From Leptogorgia sarmentosa (lineage: Eukaryota): DNA of 64,000 nucleotides. Under the pieces are notes generated by a model, which was not told the origin of the DNA, ran no database searches, and was given only the letters and a program-made list of their open reading frames with translations. Positions within the stretch are counted from its first letter, which is position 1; the number at the start of each line of letters is the position of its first letter. Where the stretch lies: the NCBI GenBank assembly GCA_964658305.1, contig OZ210884.1:1-64000 (forward strand). Reading direction: 5' to 3'. Shown here in pieces: positions 32,549 through 46,300 of the stretch. Position numbers and translations under genes: made by a program.

Positions 32549-32552
32549 TTAA
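32549..32552. other. Right TTAA target-site duplication
   Basis: TTAA is followed by CGATCACGATTAACAATC, resuming the interrupted satellite monomer in register. Confidence 0.95.
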
Positions 32553-35500
32553 CGATCACGATTAACAATCATGATTATAATTAAGGATCATGATTAATAT
32601 TAACGATCATGATTATGATTAACGATAATGATTATGTTTAACGATCATGATTAAGATCAACGATCATGATTATGATTAACGAACATGATTATGTTTAATG
32701 ATCGTGATTAACGATCATGATTATGATTAACGATCATGAATATGATTAACGATCATGATTATGGTTAACGATCATGATTATGATTAACGATGATGATTGA
32801 CGATCATGAATTTGATTAATTATCATGATTATGATTAGCGGTCATGATTATGATTAACGAACATGATCATGAACAATGATCATGATTACGATTAACGATG
32901 ATGATTGACGATCAGGAATTCCATTTACGATCATGATTATGATTAACGATCATGACCATGATTAACGATCTTGATTATGATTAACGATGATGATTGACGA
33001 TTATGAATTTGATTAATTATCATGATTATGATTAGCGGTCATGATTATGATTGACGATCATGATTATGATTAACGATCATGAATATGATTAAGGATATTG
33101 ATTATGATTAACGGTCATGATTTTGATTAACGGTCATGATTATGATTAACGATCATGATGATGATTGACGATCATGATTATGATGCAAGATTATGATGAT
33201 GACTAGCGGTCATGATTATGATTGACGATCATGATTATAATTAACGATCATGAATATGATTAAGGATCATGATTATGATTAGTGGTCATGATTTTGATTA
33301 ACGGTCATGATTATGATTAACGATCATGATTATGATTATCGGTCATGATTATGATTGACGATCATGATTATGATTAACGATCATGAATATGATAAACGAT
33401 CATGATTATGATTAACGATCATGATTGACGATCATGATTATGATTAACGATCATGATTATGATTAGCGGTCATGATTATGATTGACGATCATGATTATGA
33501 TTAACGATCATGAATATGATTAAAGATGATGATTATGATTAACGATCATGATTGACGATCATGATCATGATTAACGAACATGATTAACGATCATATTAAC
33601 GATCATATTAACGATCATGATTATGATTAACGATCATAATTTTGATTAACGATCATGATTGTGATTAATGATCATGATTAACGGTCATCATCATGATTAA
33701 CGATAATGATCAACGATCATGGTTATGATTACGATTATGATTATGATTAACGATATCGAGTGACGATAATGATTATGATTAACCATCATATTTAACGATC
33801 ATCATTATGATTGGCGGTCATGATTATGATTAACGATCATGATTATATTTGACGATAATGGTTATGATTAACGATCATGATTATGATTGACGACCATGAT
33901 TATGATTAACGATCATGATTATGATTGAAGATTATGATCATGATTAATGATCATGATTGTGATTAACGATCATGATTATGATTGACTATCATGATTATGA
34001 TTAGCGGTCATGATTATGATTGACGATCATGATTATGATTAACGATCATGAATATGATTAACGATCATGATTATGATTAACGATCATGATTACGATTGAC
34101 GATCATGATTATGATTGACGATGATGATTGACTATCAGGAATTTGATTTACGATCATGATTATGATTAACGATCATGATTTTGATTAACGATCATGATTA
34201 TGATTAATTATCATGATTAACGGTCATCATTATTATTAACGATCATGATCAACAATCAAGATTATGATTACGATTATGATTATGATTAACGATATCTAGT
34301 GACGATAATGGTTATGAATAACCATCATAATTAACGATCATCATTATGATTGGCGGTCATGATTATGATTAACGATCATGATTATATTTGACGATAATGG
34401 TTATGATTAACGATCATGATTATGATTGATGACCATGATTATGATTAACGATCATGATTATGATTGAAGATTATGATCATGATTAATGATCATGATTGTG
34501 ATTAACGATCATGATTATGATTGACTATCATGATTATGATTAGCGGTCATGATTATGATTGACGATGATGATTATGATTAACGATCATGAATATGATTAA
34601 GGATCATGATTATGATTAGCGGTCATGATTATGATTAACGATCATGATTATGATTAACGATCATGATTATGATTAACGATCAAGATTATGATTAACGATC
34701 ATGAATATGATTAACGATCATGATTATCATTAGCGGTCATGATTATGATTGTCGATCATGATTATGATTAACGATCATGAATATGATTAACGATCATGAT
34801 TATGATTAACGGTCATGATTTTGATTGACGACCATGATTATGATTAACGATCATGAATATGATTAACGATCATGATTATGATTATCGGTCATGATTTTGA
34901 TTGACGACCATGATTATGATTAACGATCATGAATATGATTAACGATCATGATTATGATCAAAGATCATGATTGACGATCATGATTATGATTAACGATCAT
35001 GATTATGATTAGCGGTCATAATTATGATTGACGATCATGATTATGATTAACGATCATGAATATGATTAACGATCATGATTATGATTATCGGTCATGATTT
35101 TGATTGACCACCATGATTATGATTAACGATCATGAATATGATTAACGATCATGATTATGATCAAAGATCATGATTGACGATCATGATTATGATTAACGAT
35201 CATGATTATGATTAGCGGTCATAATTATGATTGACGATCATGATTATGATTAACGATCATGAATATGATTAACGATCATGATTATGATTAACGATCATGA
35301 ATATGATTAACGATCATGATTAAGATTAACGATCATGATTACGATTAACGATCATGATTATGATTAACGATGATGATTGACGATCAGGAATTCGATTTAC
35401 GATCATGATTATGATTAACGATCATGACCATGATTAACGATCATAAATTTGATTAATTATCATGATTATGAATAACGGTCATGATTATGATTGACGATCA

Positions 35501-36322
35501 TGATTATGAATAATGATCATGAATATGATTAACGATCATGATTATGATCAGCGGTCATGATTATCATTGTCGATCATGATTATGATTAACGATCATGAAT
35601 ATGATTAACGATCATGATTATGATTAACGATGATGATTGACGATCATGAATTTGATTAACGATCATGATTATAGTTAAAGATCATGATTGACGATCATGA
35701 TTACGATTAACGAACATGATTATGATTAACGATCATGATTATGATTAAAGATTATGATCATCATTAATGATCATGATTATGATTAACGATCATGATTAAG
35801 ATTAACGAACATGATTATGATTAACGATCCTGAATATGATTAACGATCATGATTATGATTAACGATCTTGATTATGATTGACGATGATGATTGACAATCA
35901 TGAATTTGATTAACGATCATGATTATAGTTAAAGATCATGATTGACGATCATGATTACGATTAACGAACATGATTATGATTAACGATCATGATTATGATT
36001 AAAGATTATGATCATCATTAATGATCATGATTATGATTAACGATCATGATTAAGATTAACGAACATGATTATGATTAACGATCCTGAATATGATTAACGA
36101 TCATGATTATGATTAACGATCATGATTATCATTGACGATCATGGTTATGATTAACGACCATGATTTTCATTAACGATCATGATTATGATTAACCATCATG
36201 ATTAACGATCATGATTAACGATCATGATCATGATTAACGATCACGATTATGATTAACGATCATGATTAACGATCATGATTATGATTAACGATCATGATTA
36301 AAGATCATGATTATGATTGACG

Positions 36323-36327
36323 ATCAT
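36323..36327. other. Satellite orientation switch (tail-to-tail inversion junction) at ATCAT microhomology
   Basis: ...GATTGACG-ATCAT-TATCGTTAATCATAATC...: forward monomers to the left, reverse-complement monomers to the right, no spacer. Confidence 0.93.
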
Positions 36328-39300
36328 TATCGTTAATCATAATCATGATCGGTAATATTAATCATGATCCTTAATTATAATCATGATTATTAATCGTGAT
36401 TGTTAATCATAATCATGATCGTTAGTCATAATCATGATCGCTAATCATAATCATGGCGGTTAATCATAATCATGTTCGTTAATCATGATCATGATCGTTA
36501 ATCATAATCATGTTCGTTAATCATAATCATAATCGTCAATCATGATCGTCAATCATAATCATGACCGTTAATGATGATCGTTAATCATGATGGTTAATCA
36601 TAATCATGATCGTTAATCATAATCATGATCGTTTATCATAAGCATGATCGTTAATTATAATCATGACAGTTAATCATAATCACGAACGTTAATCATAATC
36701 ATGATCGTTAATCATAATCGTGATCGTTAATCATAATCATGATCGTTAATCATGATTGTTAATCATAATCATGGTTATTAGTCATAATCATGATCTTTAA
36801 TCATAATCATGATCGTTAATCATAATCATGATCGTTGATATGATCGCTAATCATGATATTTGATCATAATCATGATCGTTAATCAAATTCATGATCGTTA
36901 ATCATGATCGTTAATTATAATCATGATCGTTAATCATAATCAGCAGTGATAATCATGATCGTGAATCTTTATTATGATCGTTTATCATAAGCATGATCGT
37001 TAATTATAATCATGAGAGTTAATCATAATAACGAACGTTAATCATAATCATGATCGTTAATCATAATCGTGATCGTTAATCATGATCATGATCGTTAATC
37101 ATGATCGTTAATCATGATGGTTAGTCATAATCATGATCGTTAATCATAATCATGATCGTTAATCATAACCATGATCGTCAAAGATAATCATGATCGTTAA
37201 TCATAATCATGATCGTTAATCATATTCAGGATCGTTAATCATAATCATGATCGTCAATCATAATGATGATCGCTAATCATGATGGTTAATCATATTCACG
37301 GTCGTCAATCAACATCGTTTATAATAATCATGATCGTTAATCATAATCATGATCGTAATCTTAATCATGATCGTTGATCATAGTCGTTAATCATAATCAT
37401 GGTCGTTAATCATAATCAGTAATGATAATCATAGTCGTGAATCTTTATTATGATCGTTTATCATAAGCATGATAGTTAATTATAATCATGATCGTTAATC
37501 ATAATCATGATCGTTAATCATAATCAGTAATGATAATCATGATCGGGAATCTTTTTATGATCGTTTATCATAAGCATGATAGTTAATTATAATAATGACA
37601 GTTAATCATAATCATGAACGTTAATCATAATAATGATCGACAATCATAATCATGACCGCTAATCATAATCATGATAATTAATCAAATTCATGATCATCAA
37701 TCATCATCGTTAATCATAATCAAGATCGTTAATCATAATCATGATCGTTAATCATGGTCATGATCGTTAATCATAATCATGATCGTAAATCGAATTCCTG
37801 ATCGTCAATCATCATCGTTAATCATAATCATGATCATTGTTCGTAATCATGTTCGTCAATCATAATCATGACCGCTAATCATAATCATGGTAATTAATCA
37901 AATTCATGATCGTCAATCATCATCGTTAATCATAATCATGATCGTTAATCATAATCATGATCGTTAATCATATTCATGATCGTTAATCATAATCATGATC
38001 GTTAATCACGATCATTAAACATAATCATGTTCGTTAATCATAATCATGATCGTTGATTTTAATCATGATCGTTAAACATAATCATTATCCTTAATCATAA
38101 TCATGATCGTTAATATTAATCATGATTCTTAATTATAATCATGATTGTTAATCGTGATCGTTAATCATAATCATGATCGTTAGTCATAATCATGATCGCT
38201 AATCATAATCATGGCGGTTAATCATAATCATGTTCGTTAATCATAATCATGATCGTTAATCATAATCATGTTCGTTAATCATAATCATGATCGTCAATCA
38301 TGATCGTTAATAATAATCATGATCGTTAATCATATTCATGATCGTTAATCATAATCATGATCGTTAATCATGGTCATGATCGTTAATCATAATCATGATC
38401 TTAAATCGAATTCCTGATAGTCAATCATCATCGTCAATCATAATCAAAATCGTTAATCGTAATCATGATCGTTAATCATAATCATGATCGTTAATCACAA
38501 TCATGATCATTAATCATGATCATAATCTTTAATCATAATCATGATCGTTAATCATAATCTTGTTCGTTAATCGTAATCATGATCGTCAATCATGATCTTT
38601 AACTATAATCATGATCGTTAATCAAATTCATGATCGTCAATCATCATCGTTAATCATAATCATGATCGTTAATCATATTCATGATCGTTAATCATAATCA
38701 TGATCGACAATCATAATCATGACCGCTAATCATAATCATGATCGTTAATCATAATCATGATCGTTAATCATAATCATGATCGACAATCATAATCATGACC
38801 GCTAATCATAATCATGATCGTTAATCATAATCATGATCGTCAATGATGATCGTTAATCATATTCATGATCGTTAATCATAATCATGAGCGTCAATCATCA
38901 TCATGATCGTTAATCATAATCATGATCGTCAATCATGATCGTTAATCATAATCATGATCGTTAATGATATTCATGATCGTTAATCATAATCATCATCGTT
39001 AATCATAATCATGATCGTCAATCATAGTCATGACCGCTAATCATAATCATGATAATTAATCAAATTCATGATCGTCAATCATCATCGTTACTCATAATCA
39101 TGATCGTTAATCATAATCATGATCCTTAATCATGGTCATGATCGTTAATCATAAGCATGATCGTAAATCAAATTCCTGATAGTCAATCATCATCGTTAAT
39201 CATAATCATGATCGTTAATCATATTCATGATCGTCACTCATAATCATGATCGTTAATCATATTCATGATCGTTAATAATAATCATGATCGTCAATCATAA

Positions 39301-42109
39301 TCAGGACCGCTAATCGTAATCATGATCGTTAATCATATTCATGATCGTTAATCATAATCATGATCGTTAATCAAATTCATAATCGTCAATCATCATCGTT
39401 AATCATAATCATGTTCGTTAATGATAATCATGATCGTTAATCATATTCATGATCGTTAATCATAATCATGATCGTCAATCATAATCATGACCGCTAATCA
39501 TAATCATGATCGTTAATCATAATCATGATCGTCAATCATGATCGTTAATCATAATCATGATCGTCAATCATAATCATGACCGATAATCATAATAATGATC
39601 GTTAATCATGTTCATGATCGTCAATCATGATCGTTAATCATATTCATGATCGTTAATCATAATCATAATCATGAGCGTCAATCATCATCATGATCGTTAA
39701 TCATAATCATGATCGTCAATCATGATCGTTAATCATAATCATGATCGTTAATCATATTCATGATCGTTAATCATAATCATGATCGTCAATCATCATCATG
39801 ATCGTTAATCATAATCATGATCGTCAATCATGATCGTTAATCATAATCATGATCGTTAATCATATTCATGATCGACAATCATAATCATGACCGCTAATCA
39901 TAATCATGATCGTCAATCATAATCATGACCGCTAATCATAATCATGATCCTTAATCATATTCATGATCGTTAATCATAATCATGATCGTCAATCATCATC
40001 ATGATCGTTAATCATAATCATGATCGTCAATCATGATCGTTAATCATAATCATGATCGTTAATCATATTCATGATCGACAATCATAATCATGACCGCTAA
40101 TCATAATCATGATCCTTAATCATATTCATGATCGTTAATCATAATCATGATCGTCAATCATGATCGTTAATCATAATCATGATCGTTAATCATATTCATG
40201 ATCGTCAATCATAATCATGACCGCTAATCATAATCATGATCGTTAATCATAATCATGATCGTCAATCATGATCGTTAATCATATTCATGATCGTTAATCA
40301 TAATCATGATCGTTAATCATAATCATGATCGTTAATCATAATCATGACCGTTAATCAAAATCATGACCGCTAATCATAATCATGATCGTTAATCATATTC
40401 ATGATCGTTAATCATAATCATGATCGTCAATCATAATCATGACCGCTAATCATAATCATGATCGTTAATCGTAATCATGATCGTCAATCATGATCGTAAA
40501 TCATATTCATGATCGTTAATCATAATCATGATCGTCAATCATCATCATGATCGTTAATCATAATCATGATCGTCAATCATGATCGTTAATCGTAATCATG
40601 ATCGTCAATCATGATCGTAAATCATATTCATGATCGTTAATCATAATCATGATCGTCAATCATCATCATGATCGTTAATCATATTCATGATCGTTAATCA
40701 TAATCATGATCGACAATCATAATAATGACCGCTAATCATAATCATGATCGTCAATCATAATCATGACCGCTAATCATAATCATGATCGTTAATCATAATC
40801 ATGATCGTCAATGATGATCGTTAATCATAATCATGATCGTCAATCATAATCATGACCGATAATCATAATAATGATCGTTAATCATATTCATGATCGTTAA
40901 TCATAATCATGATCGTCAATCATCATCATGATCGTTAATCATAATCATGATCGTCAATCATGATCGTTAATCATAATCATGATCGTTAATCATATTCATG
41001 ATCGTTAATCATAATCATGATCGACAATCATAATCATGACCGCTAATCATAATCATGATCGTTAATCATAATCATGATCGTCAATCATGATCGTTAATCA
41101 TATTCATGATCGTTAATCATAATCATGAGCGTCAATCATCATCATGATCGTTAATCATAATCATGATCGTCAATCATGATCGTTAATCATAATCATGATC
41201 GTTAATCATATTCATGATCGTTAATCATAATCATGATCGTCAATCATCATCATGATCGTTAATCATAATCATGATCGTCAATCATGATCGTTAATCATAA
41301 TCATGATCGTTAATCATATTCATGATCGACAATCATAATCATGACCGCTAATCATAATCATGATCGTCAATCATAATCATGACCGCTAATCATAATCATG
41401 ATACTTAATCATATTCATGATCGTTAATCATAATCATGATCGTCAATCATAATCATGACTGCTAATCATAATCATGATCGTTAATCATAATGATGATCGT
41501 CAATCATGATCGTTAATCATATTCATGATCGTTAATCATAATCATGATCGTTAATCATAATCATGATCGTTAATCATAATCATGACCGTTAATCAAAATC
41601 ATGACCGCTAATCATAATCATGATCGTTAATCATATTCATGATCGTTAATCATAATCATGATCGTCAATCATAATCATGACCGCTAATCATAATCATGAT
41701 CGTTAATCGTAATCATGATCGTCAATCATGATCGTAAATCATATTCATGGTCGTTAATCATAATCATGATCGTCAATCATCATCATGATCGTTAATCATA
41801 ATCATGATCGTCAATCATGATCGTTAATCATAATCATGATCGTTAATCATATTCATGATCGTTAATCATAATCATGATCGACAATCATAATCATGACCGC
41901 TAATCATAATCATGATCGTCAATCATAATCATGACCGCTAATCATAATCATGATCGTTAATCGTAATCATGATCGTCAATCATGATCGTAAATCATATTC
42001 ATGGTCGTTAATCATAATCATGATAATTAATCAAATTCATGATCGTCAATCATAATCATGATCGTCAATCATGATCGTTAATCATAATCATGATCCTTAA
42101 TCATATTCA

Positions 42110-43380
42110 TGATCGTTAATCATAATCATGATCGTTAATAACAATCATGATCATTAATCATGATCATAATCTTTAATCATAATCGTGATCGTTAATCATA
42201 TTCATGTTCGTTAATCGTAATCATGATCGTCAATCATGATCTTTAACTATAATCATGATCGTTAATCAAATTCATGATCGTCAATCATCATCGTTAATCA
42301 TAATCATGTTCGTTAATCATAATCATGATCGTCAATCATGATCGTTAATCATAATCCTGAACGTTAATCATATTCATTATCGTTAATCATAATCATGATC
42401 GACAATCATAATCATGACCGCTAATCATAATCATGACCGCTAATCATAATCATGATAATTAATCAAATTCATGATCGTCAATCATCATCGTTAATCATAA
42501 TCATGATCGTTAATCATAATCATGATCGTTAATCATATTCATGATCGTTAATCTTAATCATGACCGTTAATCACAATCATGATCATTAATCATGATCATA
42601 ATCTTTAATCATAATCGTGATCGTTAATCATATTCATGTTCGTTAATCGTAATCATGATCGTCAATCATGATCTTTAACTATAATCATGATCGTTAATCA
42701 AATTCATGATCGTCAATCATCATCGTTAATCATAATCATGTTCGTTAATCATAATCATGATCGTCAATCATGATCGTTAATCATAATCCTGATCGTTAAT
42801 CATATTCATTATCGTTAATCATAATCATGATCGACAATCATAATCATGACCGCTAATCATAATCATGACCGCTAATCATAATCATGATAATTAATCAAAT
42901 TCATGATCGTCAATCATCATCGTTAATCATAATCATGATCGTTAATCATAATCATGATCGTTAATCATATTCATGATCGTTAATCTTAATCATGACCGTT
43001 AATCACAATCATGATCATTAATCATGATCATAATCTTTAATCATAATCGTGATCGTTAATCATATTCATGTTCGTTAATCGTAATCATGATCGTCAATCA
43101 TGATCTTTAACTATAATCATGATCGTTAATCAAATTCATGATCGTCAATCATCATCGTTAATCATAATCATGTTCGTTAATCATAATCATGATCGTCAAT
43201 CATGATCGTTAATCATAATCCTGATCGTTAATCATATTCATTATCGTTAATCATAATCATGATCGACAATCATAATCATGACCGCTAATCATAATCATGA
43301 CCGCTAATCATAATCATGATAATAAATCGAATTCATGATCGTCAATCATCATCGTTAATCATAATCATGATCGTTAATCA
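42110..43380 (-). repeat. About three tandem copies of a 432-bp higher-order unit; boundaries approximate
   Basis: CTTTAACTATAATC at 42241, 42673 and 43105 (+432 each), with neighbouring variants in the same order. Confidence 0.85.
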
Positions 43381-46300
43381 TAATCATGATCGTTAATCAT
43401 GGTCATGATCGTTAATCATAATCATGATGGTAAATCGAATTCCAGGTCGTCAATCATCATCGTTAATCATAATCATGATCGTTAATCGTAATCATGATCG
43501 TTAATCATAATCATGATCGTTAATCATGATCGTTTATCATAATCATGATCTTTAATCATAATCATAATCTTTAATCATAATCATGATCGTTAATCATAAT
43601 CATGATCACTAATCATTATCATGATCGTTAATCATAATCATGATCGTTAATCATGATCGTTTATCATAATCATGATCATTAATCATAATCATAATCTTTA
43701 ATCATAATCATGATCGTTAATCATAACAATGATTGTCAATGATAATCATGATCGTTAATCATAATCATGATCGTTAATCACAATCATGATCATTAATCAT
43801 GATCATAATCTTTAATCATAATCGTGATCGTTAATCATATTCATGTTCGTTAATCGTAATCATGATCGTCAATCATGATCTTTAACTATATTCATGATCG
43901 TTAATCAAATTCATGATCGTCAATCATCATCGTTAATCATAATCATGTTCGTTAATCATAATCATGATCGTCAATCATGATCGTTAATCATAATCATGAT
44001 CGTTAATCATATTCATGATCGTTAATCATAATCATGATCGTCAATCATCATCATGATCGTTAATCATAATCATGATCGTCAATCATGATCGTTAATCATA
44101 ATCATGATCGTTAATCATATTCATGATCGACAATCATAATCATGACCGCTAATCATAATCATGATCGTCAATCATAATCATGACCGCTAATCATAATCAT
44201 GATCCTTAATCATATTCATGATCGTTAATCATAATCATGATCGTCAATCATAATCATGACCGCTAATCATAATCATGATCGTTAATCATAATCATGATCG
44301 TCAATCATGATCGTTAATCATATTCATGATCGTTAATCATAATCATGATCGTTAATCATAATCATGATCGTTAATCATAATCATGACCGTTAATCAAAAT
44401 CATGATCGCTAATCATAATCATGATCGTTAATCATATTCATGATCGTTAATCATAATCATGATCGTCAATCATAATCATGACCGCTAATCATAATCATGA
44501 TCGTTAATCGTAATCATGATCGTCAATCATGATCGTAAATCATATTCATGATCGTTAATCATAATCATGATCGTCAATCATCATCATGATCGTTAATCAT
44601 AATCATGATCGTCAATCATGATCGTTAATCATAATCATGATCGTCAATCATATTCATGATCGTTAATCATAATCATGATCGACAATCATAATCATGACCG
44701 CTAATCATAATCATGATCGTCAATCATAATCATGACCGCTAATCATAATCATGATAATTAATCAAATTCATGATCGTCAATCATAATCATGATCGTCAAT
44801 CATGATCGTTACTCATAATGATGATCCTTAATCATATTCATGATCGTTAATCATAATCATGATCGTTAATCACAATCATAATCATTAATCATGATCATAA
44901 TCTTTAATCATAATCGTGATCGTTAATCATATTCATGTTCGTTAATCGTAATCATGATCGTCAATCATGATCTTTAACTATAATCATGATCGTTAATCAA
45001 ATTCATGATCGTCAATCATCATCGTTAACATAATCATGTTCGTTAATCATAATCATGATCGTCAATCATGATCGTTAATCATAATCCTGATCGTTAATCA
45101 TATTCATTATCGTTAATCATAATCATGATCGACAATCATAATCATGACCGCTAATCATAATCATGACCGCTAATCATAATCATGATAATTAATCAAATTC
45201 ATGATCGTCAATCATCATCGTTAATCATAATCATGATCGTTGATCATAATCATGATCGTTAATCATATTCATGATCGTTAATCTTAATCATGACCGTTAA
45301 TCACAATCATGATCATTAATCATGATCATAATCTTTAATCATAATCGTGATCGTTAATCATATTCATGTTCGTTAATCGTAATCATGATCGTCAATCATG
45401 ATCTTTAACTATAATCATGATCGTTAATCAAATTCATGATCGTCAATCATCATCGTTAATCATAATCATGTTCGTTAATCATAATCATGATCGTCAATCA
45501 TGATCGTTAATCATAATCCTGATCGTTAATCATATTCATTATCGTTAATCATAATCATGATCGACAATCATAATCATGACCGCTAATCATAATCACGACC
45601 GCTAATCATAATCATGATAATTAATCAAATTCATGATCGTCAATCATCATCGTTAATCATAATCATGATCGTTAATCATAATCATGATCGTTAATCATGG
45701 TCATGATCGTTAATCATAATCATGATGGTAAATCGAATTCCAGGTCGTCAATCATCATCGTTAATCATAATCACGATGGTTAATCGTAATCATGATCGTT
45801 AATCATAATCATGATCGTTAATCATGATCGTTTATCATAATCATGATCATTAATCATAATCATAATCTTTAATCATAATCATGATCGTTAATCATAATCA
45901 TGATCACTAATCATAATCATGATCGTTAATCATAATCATGATCGTTAATCATGATCGTTTATCATAATCATGATCATTAATCATAATCATAATCTTTAAT
46001 CATAATCATGATCGTTAATCATAACCATGATTGTCAATGATAATCATGATCGTTAATCATAATCATGATCGCTAATCATGATCATGCCGGTTAATCATAA
46101 TCATGTTCGTTAATCATAATCATGATCGTCAATCATAATCATGTTCGTTAATCATAATCATGATCGTCAATCATGATCGTCAATCATAATCATGACCACT
46201 TATCATAATCATGATCGTTAATCAAATTCATGATCGTCAATCATCAGCTTTAATCATAATCATGATCGTTAATCATAATCATGATCGTTAATCATAATCA

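Larger units (their letters stand above)
32549..36327 (+). repeat. Satellite array, forward orientation, between the transposon and the inversion point
   Basis: Same 19-bp consensus and variants as 1-30493. Confidence 0.98.

Noticed and set aside
30490..32552. piggyBac or P-element classification
   Set aside because: TTAA fits piggyBac, but the termini are AG..CT rather than CCC..GGG and a THAP plus KolX-like pair is present. P elements have THAP but make 8-bp TSDs.
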